Made by a program: the position numbers and the translations under genes. Shown in pieces: positions 9,834 through 19,799 of a stretch of DNA of 64,000 nucleotides (position 1 is its first letter; every line of letters starts with the position of its first letter). Under the pieces are notes generated by a model that searched no databases, was not told the origin of the DNA, and was given only the letters and a program-made list of their open reading frames with translations. Location of the stretch: NCBI GenBank assembly GCA_036012755.1, contig DASCPX010000070.1, forward strand, positions 64,001 through 128,000, read 5' to 3'. Origin of the DNA: Myxococcota bacterium (GTDB lineage Bacteria; Myxococcota_A; UBA796; CAJQPC01).

Positions 9834-9846
9834 TTATCGGTGACTG

Positions 9847-11718
9847 ATGTGGCTCCTCCTCCTCGCCGTCGCCCTCGCCGAAGTCCGCCTCGAAGGCACT
9901 CCAGAGGTCCCGGCTGACCTCGCAGAGAGGCTCAGGCCCTACCTCAGTCCGCGCAGCGCAGCGCTCGTCGATCTCTCACCTGATGGGAGCGAGGTGCTCG
10001 TCAGCACGCGCTTCGGCGAGACCAGCCAGATCCACCGGGTGTCGACCCCGCTCGGCATGCGCGAGCAGCTCACCTTCCTCGAGGAGCCGGTCAGCGGCGT
10101 CGAGCCGATCCCAGGCTCGGAAGACCTCTTGTTGCGAGCTGACATCGGCGGGGACGAGCAGTGGCAGGTGCTCCAGTGGTCCGATGGGCGCACGACGCTG
10201 CTGAGCGACGGAGAGCATCGCCACGGCGGGCTCCTCTACGACCGCTCGGGCGAGGTCCTGGCCTTCACGAGCAACGCCCGGAACGGCCGCGACACGGACG
10301 TCTACGTGAGCGGGCCGCGCATGGAGGAGCCCCGGCGGGTCACGGAGTTCGAGGGCGCCTGGCACGCTCGCGGCTTCAGCGCTGACGGCCAGTGGCTGCT
10401 CGTCGGTCACTACGAGAAGGTCGATCGCACCGAGCTCTGGCGCGTCCATCTAGCCAGCGGCGAGGCCGAGCGCCTGACCCCAGAGGACCACCCTGCCGCC
10501 TACCACGGCATCTTCTCGTCGGATCCCCAGGTGCTCTACGTGCTCACGGACCGCTTCGGCGAGTTCCGCCAGCTCTACCGCCTGGACCTCGAGGTGCGTC
10601 GAGAGTCGAGAAGGTGGACGCTCTTGAGCGAGCAGATCCCCTGGAACGTCGAGGACCTCGAGCTCTCCCCCGATGGCCAGACGCTGGCCTTCGTCGTCAA
10701 CGAAGAGGGCTACCGCAGCCTCCGCCTCATGGACACGGAGACAGAGGTGATAAGCGAGCCGGCTGGCCTCGACGCCGGGCTGGTGACCGGGTTGAGGTTC
10801 GCCCGGGACGCCAACGTGCTGGGGCTCACGATGTCCGGCCCGACCATGCCCGGGGACGCCTTCACCCTGGACCTCGACAGCGGTGAGCTGACGCGCTGGA
10901 CCCGGAGCGAGCTCGGAGGCCTCGACGAGGGCGACCTCGTCAGCCCCTCCCTGGTGCGCGTGGAGAGCTTCGACGGTCTCGAGATCCCCGCCTTCGTCTA
11001 CCGCCCGAGCACGCCGGGGCCCCATCCGGTGGTGATCTTCATCCACGGCGGGCCAGAGGCCCAGGCGCGACCGAAGTTCTCGGGCCTCGCCCAATACCTC
11101 GTCCGCGAGGAGGGCATGGCGGTCGTGATCCCCAATGTCCGCGGCAGCAACGGCTACGGAAGGACCTACCTCGGCCTGGACGATGGCTACGATCGCGAGG
11201 ACAGCGTGCGCGACATCGGCGCCGTGCTCGACTGGATCGCCGAGGATCCGGAGCTCGACGAGTCCCGCGTGGCGGTCCGCGGTGGCAGCTACGGGGGCTA
11301 CATGGTCCTCGCCTCGCTGGTCATGCACGGCGATCGTCTGAAGGCCGGCATCGACAACGTCGGCATCTCGAGCTTCGTGACCTTCCTCGAGAACACGAAG
11401 CCCTACCGGCAGGATCTCCGGCGGGTGGAGTACGGCGACGAGCGGGACCCGGAGATGCGGGCCTTCCTGGAGGAGATCAGCCCGGTCGCCCACGCGGACG
11501 AGATCACCAGCGCCCTGTTCGTCGTGCACGGGGCCAACGATCCCCGGGTTCCGGTGGGCGAGGCCGAGCAGATCGTCGCCGCCGTGCGCGGCTCTGGCCA
11601 GGAGGTCTGGCTGATGGTGGCGCTGGACGAAGGCCACGGCTTTCGCAAGAGATCCAACCGGGACCTCTTCTACGAGCTGACGGTGTTGTTCCTCCGCCAT
11701 CAGCTGATACCGAATTGA
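9847..11718 (+). CDS. S9 family (prolyl oligopeptidase/acylaminoacyl) peptidase
   Basis: Beta-propeller N-terminus; IHGGPE, PNVRGS.GYG, GGSYGG nucleophile, D-PRV and EGHGF. Confidence 0.93.
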   Translation: MWLLLLAVALAEVRLEGTPEVPADLAERLRPYLSPRSAALVDLSPDGSEVLVSTRFGETSQIHRVSTPLGMREQLTFLEEPVSGVEPIPGSEDLLLRADIGGDEQWQVLQWSDGRTTLLSDGEHRHGGLLYDRSGEVLAFTSNARNGRDTDVYVSGPRMEEPRRVTEFEGAWHARGFSADGQWLLVGHYEKVDRTELWRVHLASGEAERLTPEDHPAAYHGIFSSDPQVLYVLTDRFGEFRQLYRLDLEVRRESRRWTLLSEQIPWNVEDLELSPDGQTLAFVVNEEGYRSLRLMDTETEVISEPAGLDAGLVTGLRFARDANVLGLTMSGPTMPGDAFTLDLDSGELTRWTRSELGGLDEGDLVSPSLVRVESFDGLEIPAFVYRPSTPGPHPVVIFIHGGPEAQARPKFSGLAQYLVREEGMAVVIPNVRGSNGYGRTYLGLDDGYDREDSVRDIGAVLDWIAEDPELDESRVAVRGGSYGGYMVLASLVMHGDRLKAGIDNVGISSFVTFLENTKPYRQDLRRVEYGDERDPEMRAFLEEISPVAHADEITSALFVVHGANDPRVPVGEAEQIVAAVRGSGQEVWLMVALDEGHGFRKRSNRDLFYELTVLFLRHQLIPN

Positions 11719-11777
11719 AAGCGACGGAGAACGGGCTAATTCCATATGTTCACCCCTCGATCCCCCAGGAGTCCGCC

Positions 11778-13307
11778 GTGTCCGTCCTCGTCTTGTTGCT
11801 GAGTGGTTGTGAAACCACCTCCGATGTCGATGCCCAGCAAGCTTGGGTCGATGTGGACACCGGGCTCTATGACGACCTGGATCCCTCCGAAGGAATCGCC
11901 TGGGACGACCCGAACTATCGGCCAGAGATCGACCGCTGGGCCCCCTACGGCGTGCCCATCGACCTCCCGCTCGGGACCTCGAACGCCGAGAACGTCGCGG
12001 ACGCTCAGTGGAAGGGCGAGGGGGAGGACGCCAAGCTCGGCATCAGCGTGCGGAACGCTGGCGACGTCAACGGCGACGGCCTCAACGACATGATCATGGG
12101 ATCGCTGAACGATTCGACCGGCTCGAGCATCGACGGCGCGGCCTACATGAACCGGGCCAAGTTCGACACGGCCGGCTCCAACAAGCGCGCGGACGCTTCG
12201 AAGGGACGCTGGTACGGGAGCCCGGCGGAGAAGGCGGGCGAGCAGGTCAACGGCGGCGGCGACATGGACGCCGATGGCCTGGACGACTGGATCATCGGCG
12301 CCCGTTCCTGGGACGACTCGGTCGACACCTGGAAGGTCAACTCCGGCGCTGCCTATGTCGTCTTCGGCTACCACCGAGGCAACAACACCCTCCCCGCGAG
12401 CGAGTACCGGATCGACGGAAACGCCGCGAACCAGTTCTTCGGCGCGGGCATGGACATCATCGGCGACGTCGACGGCGACGGCTACGACGACCTCGGCATC
12501 GGCGCCACGGGCGCGGACACCAACGGTACGAACAGCGGCGCGGTCCATGTCTTCCTCGGTCCGGTCACCGCGGCCACGGACGCCTCCGCCGCCAGCGCGA
12601 GCATCGGCGGCGAGAGCGCGGGCGACGCGGTGGGCACCCGGATCTTCGGGCTCGGCGACGTCGACGGCGATGGCGCAGACGACTTCGGTGTCGGCAACCG
12701 GGCAGAGGACACCAACGGCACCGACGCTGGGGCTGTCTACATCATCACGGCCAGCACGATGCCGACCGACCTGGGCGACGCCGACTTCATCTACCGGGGC
12801 AACACGGCGAGCTTCGAGGCGGGGAACTCCCTGAAGCACGCCGGCGACCTCGATGGCGACGGCAAGCAGGACTTCGTCGCTGGCGCCCTGGGCCACGGCG
12901 GCACCCTCGGTGGCGCCTACGTCGTGCCCGGCGACACGGCGAGCGGAAAGCTCGGCGCTGTCGCGACCGCGAAGGTCTATGGCCAGCTCGCCGGCGATCA
13001 GCTCGGCTCGGACGTCGCCGTCGGGGACATCAACGCGGACGACATCGACGATCTCCTGGTCGCGTCGAATCGCCAGGGCTCCACGGACCGTGGCGCCTTC
13101 TACGGCTTCTACGGTCCGGTCACCGGGACCATCGCCGCCTACAGCGCGGACGTGAAGGTGGTCGGCGTGGCCAGCTCCGACAAGTTCGGCTCCTCCCTCG
13201 ACTACATCCCGAACACGACGGTGGACGGCAAGAACACCGTGGTCGCCGGGGCCAGCTCACGCGGCACGAACAACAAGGGTGCCGTGTACCTCTTCCACGT
13301 GGACTGA
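11778..13307 (+). CDS. FG-GAP (integrin-alpha-like) repeat lipoprotein
   Basis: AGGAG RBS before GTG 11778; LSGC lipobox; repeated GDV/LNGDG.DD...GA and GAVY motifs. Confidence 0.85.
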   Translation: MSVLVLLLSGCETTSDVDAQQAWVDVDTGLYDDLDPSEGIAWDDPNYRPEIDRWAPYGVPIDLPLGTSNAENVADAQWKGEGEDAKLGISVRNAGDVNGDGLNDMIMGSLNDSTGSSIDGAAYMNRAKFDTAGSNKRADASKGRWYGSPAEKAGEQVNGGGDMDADGLDDWIIGARSWDDSVDTWKVNSGAAYVVFGYHRGNNTLPASEYRIDGNAANQFFGAGMDIIGDVDGDGYDDLGIGATGADTNGTNSGAVHVFLGPVTAATDASAASASIGGESAGDAVGTRIFGLGDVDGDGADDFGVGNRAEDTNGTDAGAVYIITASTMPTDLGDADFIYRGNTASFEAGNSLKHAGDLDGDGKQDFVAGALGHGGTLGGAYVVPGDTASGKLGAVATAKVYGQLAGDQLGSDVAVGDINADDIDDLLVASNRQGSTDRGAFYGFYGPVTGTIAAYSADVKVVGVASSDKFGSSLDYIPNTTVDGKNTVVAGASSRGTNNKGAVYLFHVD

Positions 13308-13314
13308 TCCTCGA

Positions 13315-13340
13315 AGGGGCGACCTCTGCAGGTCGCCCCT
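13315..13340. terminator. hairpin between convergent genes, probable bidirectional terminator
   Basis: aggggcgacct-ctgc-aggtcgcccct, perfect 11-bp stem; no clear U-tract. Confidence 0.6.
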
Positions 13341-13372
13341 GGCCGTGAGCGGGCAATCCCCCCGGGAATCCC

Positions 13373-14926
13373 TCAATCCACCCTGAACAGGTAGACCGCG
13401 CCCTTGTCGCCGCTTCCGCGCTTGGAGGCGCCGACGACGACCATGTTCCGGCCGGCGAAGTCCGCGTCCTCGACGTAGTCGACCCAGCTCCCGAAGTAGT
13501 CCCCGGCGCCGACACCGACGATCTTGGCGTCCGAAGCGTAGGCCTGGATCGTTCCGCCGCCGCTGAAGGGGCCGTAGAAGCCGTAGACCGCGCCGCGATC
13601 GTTGGTCGCCTGGCGGTTGGCCGCGACGAGGACGTCCGCGACCGCGTCGCCGTTGATGTCGCCGACCGCCACCGAGCTCCCGAACTGGTCGCTGGTGAGC
13701 TGGCCGGAGAACTTGACCGTGGCCACCGCGCCCAGCTTCGCGCCGCTGGTGACGCTGTCGCCCTCGAGGTAGTAGGCCGCACCGGTTCCACCGTGGCCGA
13801 GCGCGCCGACGACGATGTCTGCGAAGCCGTCTCCGTTCATGTCGCCGCCGTCTGCCACGCCCGTTCCGGCCTGGCTGCTGGCGAGGTTGCCGCGCACGAT
13901 GATGTCGGCGTCGCTGAGGTCTGCGGGCATCGTCGAGGACGTGATGATGTAGACCGCGCCGGCGTCCGTGCCCGTGGTGTCCTCGAAGCGCACGCCGAGG
14001 GCGAAGTCGTCGAAGCCGTCGCCGTCCCAGTCGCCGATGCCGCGGATGCGGGCACCTGCGCCGTCTCCAGCGCTCTCTCCGCCGATCGTGGCGTCGGCGC
14101 TGGCCGAGCTCGTGTCGGAGGTGACCGGTCCGTAGAAGAGGTAGGCCGCGCCTGAGCTGGCGCCGTTGTCGTCCGCGCCGGTGGCGCCGATGACGATGTC
14201 GTCGTAGCCGTCGCCGTCGATGTCACCGACGATGTCGGCGCCAGCGCCGAAGTAGTCGTAGGCCTTGTCGCCGTCGATAGAGGCCTCGGCTCCGGTCGGG
14301 AGGTCGTTTGCGCCGCGGGTGAAGCCGTGGACCACGTGCACGATGCCGTTGTTGACCTTCCAGGTCTCGACCGTGTCGTCGTAGTAGCGGCCACCGACCA
14401 CGAAGTCGTCGCTGCCGTCGCCGTTGAGGTCGCCCCCAGCCCCGAGCGCTTCGCCTGCACCGCTGCCGGAGAGGCCGTAGTAGCGACCCTTGGCGCTGCC
14501 GATGTTGGCGTCGGTGGTGGAGAACGCGCCCTTCTGCATGTAGGCCGCGCCGTCGCCGCCGCCGCTGCCCGACTTGTAGAGCGAGCCGGCGATGATCTCC
14601 TGCACGCCGTCACCGTTGAGGTCGCCGCCCGCAGCCACCGAGATGCCGAAGCGGTCGCCGTCGCTCTCACCCTTCCAGGTGACGTGATCGATGGTGTCCG
14701 CGCGGCTGGTGCCAAGGGGGATGTCGATCGGGTAGCCGTCGGGGGCGGTGCGGTCGATCCAGGGCTTGTAGCTGGGATCGTCCCACTGCACGTCGTACTC
14801 GGGCTCGGCGAACTCGCCGGTGTCGGCCTCGAGCTCGAGCTCGCCCTCGGTCGCACAGCCGCTGGTCAGGGTGGCACTGATGAGACCCGCGCCAGCGAGC
14901 GCGAGGATGGAGAACCGTTTCGTCAT
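13373..14926 (-). CDS. FG-GAP repeat lipoprotein, paralog of 11778-13307
   Basis: MTKRF...TSGC lipoprotein leader; colinear similarity with the convergent gene. Confidence 0.88.
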   Translation of the reverse strand: MTKRFSILALAGAGLISATLTSGCATEGELELEADTGEFAEPEYDVQWDDPSYKPWIDRTAPDGYPIDIPLGTSRADTIDHVTWKGESDGDRFGISVAAGGDLNGDGVQEIIAGSLYKSGSGGGDGAAYMQKGAFSTTDANIGSAKGRYYGLSGSGAGEALGAGGDLNGDGSDDFVVGGRYYDDTVETWKVNNGIVHVVHGFTRGANDLPTGAEASIDGDKAYDYFGAGADIVGDIDGDGYDDIVIGATGADDNGASSGAAYLFYGPVTSDTSSASADATIGGESAGDGAGARIRGIGDWDGDGFDDFALGVRFEDTTGTDAGAVYIITSSTMPADLSDADIIVRGNLASSQAGTGVADGGDMNGDGFADIVVGALGHGGTGAAYYLEGDSVTSGAKLGAVATVKFSGQLTSDQFGSSVAVGDINGDAVADVLVAANRQATNDRGAVYGFYGPFSGGGTIQAYASDAKIVGVGAGDYFGSWVDYVEDADFAGRNMVVVGASKRGSGDKGAVYLFRVD

Positions 14927-14929
14927 GGG

Positions 14930-14945
14930 GGGCACCCTGTTTGCA
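14930..14945 (+). promoter_or_regulatory. candidate sigma-54 (-24/-12) promoter for 15015-15848
   Basis: gGGCAC-cctgt-TTGCA vs consensus TGGCAC-N5-TTGCW. Confidence 0.45.
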
Positions 14946-15014
14946 GATGTACAAGGACTTCCTCGGACCGGGATCCCCCTGGCTTTCGGCTTTTTTCCGA
15001 TAGGCTCCGCAGCC

Positions 15015-15848
15015 ATGGGAGAGATGTCCGTCCGCCGCAAGCTCGCGATCGCCTCCTGGGAGGCCCCTCGCGAGGGGAACATCTACGGCAAGCTCACGGT
15101 CGACGCGACCCAGGCGGTTGCCTACATCGACTGGGCGCGGGAGCGGACCGGTGAGAAGGTCACCATCACCCACCTCGTGGGCCGCGCCGTGGGCGAAGCG
15201 CTGAAGCAGACCCCCTCGCTCAACGGGCGCATCGCCTGGGGTGCCTACCACCCGCACGAGACCGTCGACGTGAGCTTCCTGGTCGTGCTGGAGGGGGGCA
15301 AGAACCTCGCCAAGGCCAAGATCGAGCGGATCGACGAGAAGTCCTGCGCAGACATCGCCGCAGAGGTCCGCGAGCTGGCGACTCGGCTTCGCGAAGGGCG
15401 GGACGATGCCTTCAAGAAGTCCCAGGGTCCGCTCGCGATGCTGCCGACCTGGATCATTCGCCCCCTGGTCCACTTCACGGGCTGGCTGACGTCATCCCTG
15501 GGCGTCGAGGTCGGCTCCCTGGGGCTCGAGCGCTACCCCTTCGGCAGCTGCATCATCACCAGCGTAGGCATGTTCGGCATCGACGAGGGCTTCGTCCCGC
15601 CGACCCCCTGGGCGCGGGTGCCGGTCTACGTGCTCATCGGTGCCATCTCGGAACGACCGGCGGTCGTCGACAGCGAGCTCGTCGTGCTGCCTCAGCTGAC
15701 GATCACCGCGACGATCGACCACCGCTTCATCGACGGCTTCCAGGGCGGCGTGCTCGCGAAGGTCATCCGCAGCGTGCTCGAGAATCCCTGGCAGCTCGAG
15801 GGCATGGACGGCCCCCCCGGAACTCAGTCCTCGTCTTCCGAGGAGTAG
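15015..15848 (+). CDS. stand-alone 2-oxoacid dehydrogenase E2 catalytic-domain (CAT-fold acyltransferase) protein
   Basis: ITSVGMFG and TIDHRFIDG motifs; no lipoyl or E3-binding domain. Confidence 0.85.
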   Translation: MGEMSVRRKLAIASWEAPREGNIYGKLTVDATQAVAYIDWARERTGEKVTITHLVGRAVGEALKQTPSLNGRIAWGAYHPHETVDVSFLVVLEGGKNLAKAKIERIDEKSCADIAAEVRELATRLREGRDDAFKKSQGPLAMLPTWIIRPLVHFTGWLTSSLGVEVGSLGLERYPFGSCIITSVGMFGIDEGFVPPTPWARVPVYVLIGAISERPAVVDSELVVLPQLTITATIDHRFIDGFQGGVLAKVIRSVLENPWQLEGMDGPPGTQSSSSEE

Positions 15849-16435
15849 TCAGGCAGCTCCTGCCCAGCCAGGGTCAGGAGTGTCTCGTCGTAGAAGTCGA
15901 CGACGTAGACGACGAGGGGCTCGGGGTCTCGTCGCATGGCGGCCAGGTGCTCGATGTAGGACCAGTGAGTCGTGTCGTCGTCGAGCTTCACCAGGTGAAG
16001 GCTTCCGACCATGCGCTCGATGACGTCGGTGCCGTCGATCTTCTCGAAGCGGATCGCGACGAGCTCCATGTCGTCCTCGGTCCCCCAGACGAGCGCCTCT
16101 CGCCAGGCGGTGACCCACTCGATCGTGATGACGTCGTGGACCGTGTTGTCGAGCACGCAGCTCTCGTCGTACTCGGGCTCCGTGTCCCAGGTGATGTCCC
16201 ACTCGTCGACCTGTCGGCGGTCGATGAAGACGTCCTCGACGAGGATCGCCGTCCACACCTCCGAGAGCGGAGCGTCGATGCGGCCCGCAGCGTGGACCCA
16301 GTCGTAGTCGTCCTCCTGCCCGCTGAGGACGTTGAGGGACTCGGTCTCCGGGAAGCTCGCCGTGTTGTCTTCCAGCGCCCTGAGCCCCTCGGGTATCGGG
16401 GGGAGTTCGTCGGCACAGGCGAGGAAGAGCAGCAT
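15824..16435 (-). CDS. putative lipoprotein, SRPBCC/START-like fold possible
   Basis: Leader MLLFLAC; IDAPLSEVW motif; acidic. Confidence 0.65.
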   Translation of the reverse strand: MLLFLACADELPPIPEGLRALEDNTASFPETESLNVLSGQEDDYDWVHAAGRIDAPLSEVWTAILVEDVFIDRRQVDEWDITWDTEPEYDESCVLDNTVHDVITIEWVTAWREALVWGTEDDMELVAIRFEKIDGTDVIERMVGSLHLVKLDDDTTHWSYIEHLAAMRRDPEPLVVYVVDFYDETLLTLAGQELPDYSSEDED

Positions 16436-16443
16436 GGGCGAGC

Positions 16444-17577
16444 TTAGCGCTCCGTGGCGTCCATGGTCATTCGCCGCGTGAAGTCGTCCCAGTGCACCGG
16501 GCGAGCCTCGATGGTGATCCGGTGGCCGAAGCGGTAGGCCTCGATGTCGGGATTCCGGGCGGGCGGGAAGCGCACGACCAGCTTCTTGAGCGGGTGACCC
16601 GGTGGGTGCCCCTGGACCGTGCGGCCGCGCTTGAGGTCCTCTGGCAGGTCGCCGCTGGACCGCGAGACGCCGTCGACCTCGATGACGAAGGACAGGGGCC
16701 CGATAGCGGCGAGGATGTTCTCCTTCGCGGCCTCCGACAGGCTCCGTTCGAGCAGCGTCTCCATGATCTCGACCAGCGGGATCGAGAAGTCAGGGAGGGG
16801 GGCGGTGTCTTCCTCGGTGGCGGGGTCGACAGGAGCATCCGGGATGGGCTCGGGGGGCTCCTCGGTCCAGACCGGCGCGATGATGTCCTCCGTCCTCGGC
16901 GGCGGGGGAGGCGAGACCTCGGGGTCCGTGATCTCCTCGGCGGTGTCGACCATGCCGAGGGTCGAGCCCGTCAGGTCGCGGTTGGCGCGGTCGAGGGCGT
17001 CGGCGGCATTGGTCAGGGCGTCCAGCAGCGCCACGAGGTCTTCTGGCGGGCGGGTCGTGCGCTTGCGAACCATCGACACCGAGTCCTTCTCTACGAGGGC
17101 GCCGGGGTAGCGGCTGAAGAGCTGGCCGAGGCGGCGGGCGACGGTCTTGTTGGAGAGCAGCGCGATGATGTGGCGCTCGCCGATCCCCTGGATGCGGAGC
17201 AGGTCGTCCAGGGCCTCGTTGCCTACTTGGATGTCCTGGAGTCCCGCATACTTGCCCATGGCCGCTGCGCCCTCCTCACGGCGCAGGACCAGGCCGGTGG
17301 CCAGCAAGGTGTCCGTGGGGACCTCGATGTGCAAGAGGCCGATCGGCGCGGGACCGCGCTCGATCTCGACGGCGCGTCCCTTCCAGTTCCCGGCCACCTG
17401 GGCGGGCCGCACGAGGTCGCCAGCGTCGAAAGACAGGTCGTTGGCCTTCGCGAAGTCCTCCCAGAGCTGCAGGCTCGGGTCTCCGGCCTTGCCCAGAGCG
17501 CTCCGTAGTTTGAGGCCGATGACCACGAGCGCGAGCAAGGCAACAGCGGCGGCGATCCAGTTCATCAGTTGGATCAT
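16444..17577 (-). CDS. hypothetical membrane-anchored protein
   Basis: N-terminal TM, DIQVGN..LDD motif, Pro-rich linker, C-terminal OB-like segment. Confidence 0.65.
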   Translation of the reverse strand: MIQLMNWIAAAVALLALVVIGLKLRSALGKAGDPSLQLWEDFAKANDLSFDAGDLVRPAQVAGNWKGRAVEIERGPAPIGLLHIEVPTDTLLATGLVLRREEGAAAMGKYAGLQDIQVGNEALDDLLRIQGIGERHIIALLSNKTVARRLGQLFSRYPGALVEKDSVSMVRKRTTRPPEDLVALLDALTNAADALDRANRDLTGSTLGMVDTAEEITDPEVSPPPPPRTEDIIAPVWTEEPPEPIPDAPVDPATEEDTAPLPDFSIPLVEIMETLLERSLSEAAKENILAAIGPLSFVIEVDGVSRSSGDLPEDLKRGRTVQGHPPGHPLKKLVVRFPPARNPDIEAYRFGHRITIEARPVHWDDFTRRMTMDATER

Positions 17578-17581
17578 AGTA

Positions 17582-17595
17582 CTTGACACGTCAAG
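17582..17595. promoter_or_regulatory. palindrome in divergent intergenic region (operator or back-to-back -35 boxes)
   Basis: CTTGAC-AC-GTCAAG between divergent starts at 17577 and 17651. Confidence 0.4.
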
Positions 17596-17650
17596 AAAAG
17601 GTTGATCTCATCGATAGGACGCAGCGAGCAGGGTTGCAGTGCGAAAGCGG

Positions 17651-18607
17651 ATGTTGGTGAGAGTGGCGTCGACGGCCATCGTCTTGGCGATGGGCCTGTT
17701 CTGTACGGACATCGCTCTGGACGGCACGGCCCAGGCGGACCTCGGGCAGCCTGGCGTCGAGGAGCCCGAGCCGGACTGGGCGCCGCCTGACTGGCACCCC
17801 GACAGCGAGACCCTCCTGGGGCTCTCTGACCTGGACGCCGTGGGTCCGCGCGAGGGGCTGCGCTTGAGATCGCAGGCTGCCTTCGTCTACGACGTCGACT
17901 CGGGAGAGGTGCTCTACGAGAGAGCGGCGGACGATCGGCGACCGGTCGCTTCGCTGACCAAGCTGGTGACGGCGCTGGCGGTGTCCAGCGAAGAGGTCGA
18001 TCTCGACGCCGAGACCTGCGTCTCCGAGCTCTTCTGGCCCTCGAGGTCAGGGGCGCGCAGCCGGATGTCGACGGGGGAGTGCTACACGGGCTGGGACCTG
18101 CTGGGCGCGGCGCTGGTCGCCAGTGACAACCGGGCAGCCTACGGGCTCGGGGTCAGCTCCGGGCTGAGCTACTACGACTTCATCGCACGCATGGACGCCG
18201 TGAGCGTGGACCTCGGCATGACCCAGTCCACCTGGGCCGACCCCAGCGGGCTCGAGGACGACAACCTCTCTACTGCCCGGGACATGACCCGGGCGTCCCT
18301 GGCGGTGGCGGTCCACCCGGTCCTGTCGATTCCGGCATCAGCGCGGAGTTGGACCACGGAGAAGACAGTCGAGGTGGGCATCGGGCCGCGCGTCCGCTCG
18401 CTGCACACGACGAACCGGGCCTCTGGGCGCGACGACATCGAGTGGCTCTCGGCGAAGACCGGCTACACCGACACGGCGCGCTACTGCTTCTCGGGGGTCT
18501 TCCGGACCATGGAGGGACGGACCATCGCGGTGACGCTGCTGGGAGCGAACCGCGGGCACCACCGCTGGACGGACCTGGACCGGGTCATCCGGAGTGTTTG
18601 GGACTGA
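17651..18607 (+). CDS. D-alanyl-D-alanine carboxy/endopeptidase (S11 family, PbpG-like)
   Basis: ASLTK (SxxK), SDN, KTG motifs. Confidence 0.9.
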   Translation: MLVRVASTAIVLAMGLFCTDIALDGTAQADLGQPGVEEPEPDWAPPDWHPDSETLLGLSDLDAVGPREGLRLRSQAAFVYDVDSGEVLYERAADDRRPVASLTKLVTALAVSSEEVDLDAETCVSELFWPSRSGARSRMSTGECYTGWDLLGAALVASDNRAAYGLGVSSGLSYYDFIARMDAVSVDLGMTQSTWADPSGLEDDNLSTARDMTRASLAVAVHPVLSIPASARSWTTEKTVEVGIGPRVRSLHTTNRASGRDDIEWLSAKTGYTDTARYCFSGVFRTMEGRTIAVTLLGANRGHHRWTDLDRVIRSVWD

Positions 18608-19799
18608 AGCGGGCGACGAACTCCGCCATGCGCCGGATGCCGTCGAGGGTCGGCGCGCACACCTCTTCCAGGTCCGCGCCCTCGGCCAGTGCCGCGGCGC
18701 CGTCGAAGTCCACGTAGGCCAGGCGGAAGCTGAGCTCGCCGGCGGGTCGCATGAAGTCGGCGCCGGGGAGCACGGCCACCCCGGCTCCCTCGAGCAGCTC
18801 TTCGCAGAAGGCCCCTGCGTCGCCGCCGCCGGGGATCAAGCCGACGAAGTAGAAGGCGCCGGTGGGCTCATGGATCTGCACGCCGGCCGAGCGCAGCGGC
18901 CCGGTGCAGCGGGGTACGAGCCACCTCAGCACGGCGCGCTGTCGCTCCAGGAAGCCAGTCAGATCCTCGTTGAAGGCAGTGACTGCGGCGTACTGCGTGG
19001 GGGCGGAGACCGCCGAGAAGGTCTCGCTGGCGACCACTGACATGGCTCGGTGGATCCAGGAGAGCTCCTGTGGGACGCGCAGGGTCCCTACGCGCCAGCC
19101 GCCTGCGCCGCACCACTTGGACAGTCCCCCGGAGACCAGGGTGCCCTCCGGGTAGAACTCTGCGAGGCTCCGGTGGTCGCCGTCGTGGGCCATCGGCCCG
19201 TAGATCTCGTCGCTCACCACGAGCACGCGGTGCCGCCGCAGCACCTCGGTCAGCGCCCGGAGCTCGGCGGGGGTGTAGGAGAGCCCGTCGGGGTTGCCCG
19301 GGTAGTTGAGGATCAGGAGTCGCGCTCGGTGTCGTGTGGAGCAGTGCCGGTCCAGCACCTCCGGCGTGAGCCGCCAGCGACCCGAGAACGAGGTCGGCAG
19401 CAGGGTGCAGGGGCGACCCGCGATGCGGGCCTGGGGCGCGTAGCTGACCCAGCAGGGCGATGGCACCAACAGCTCGGCGTCGCAGACGAGCTGCACAGTG
19501 AACAGGAGCTCCTTGGAGCCGGGGCCGACGAAGATCTCGTTGGCTCGGGTCCGGAGCCCACCGCGTTCGTACCAGCTCGCGACGGCCTCGCGCAGGGCGG
19601 GCAGTCCGGCGACGTGCAGGTAGTCCTTCTCGTGGGCGTGGCTGCGGAGGGCTTCGACGACGACCTCTGGCACCGGGAAGGGCGACTGACCCAGCCCGAA
19701 GCGGGTGACGACCCGGCCCTCCGCGATCAGGCGCTTGCTGTCCTCGTTGATGGCGAGGGTCGCGCTCGGGCGCATTCCCTCGAGAAACGGAGCCCTCAC
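18585..19799 (-). CDS. class I/II PLP aminotransferase (aspartate aminotransferase-like)
   Basis: GSKELLF, NYPGNPDG, SDEIY, GLSKW..AGGWRVG. Confidence 0.92.
   Translation of the reverse strand: MRAPFLEGMRPSATLAINEDSKRLIAEGRVVTRFGLGQSPFPVPEVVVEALRSHAHEKDYLHVAGLPALREAVASWYERGGLRTRANEIFVGPGSKELLFTVQLVCDAELLVPSPCWVSYAPQARIAGRPCTLLPTSFSGRWRLTPEVLDRHCSTRHRARLLILNYPGNPDGLSYTPAELRALTEVLRRHRVLVVSDEIYGPMAHDGDHRSLAEFYPEGTLVSGGLSKWCGAGGWRVGTLRVPQELSWIHRAMSVVASETFSAVSAPTQYAAVTAFNEDLTGFLERQRAVLRWLVPRCTGPLRSAGVQIHEPTGAFYFVGLIPGGGDAGAFCEELLEGAGVAVLPGADFMRPAGELSFRLAYVDFDGAAALAEGADLEEVCAPTLDGIRRMAEFVARFSPKHSG

Noticed and set aside
17602..17614. FNR-like TTGAT...ATCGA
   Set aside because: Spacer is 3 nt rather than 4 and the right half is mismatched
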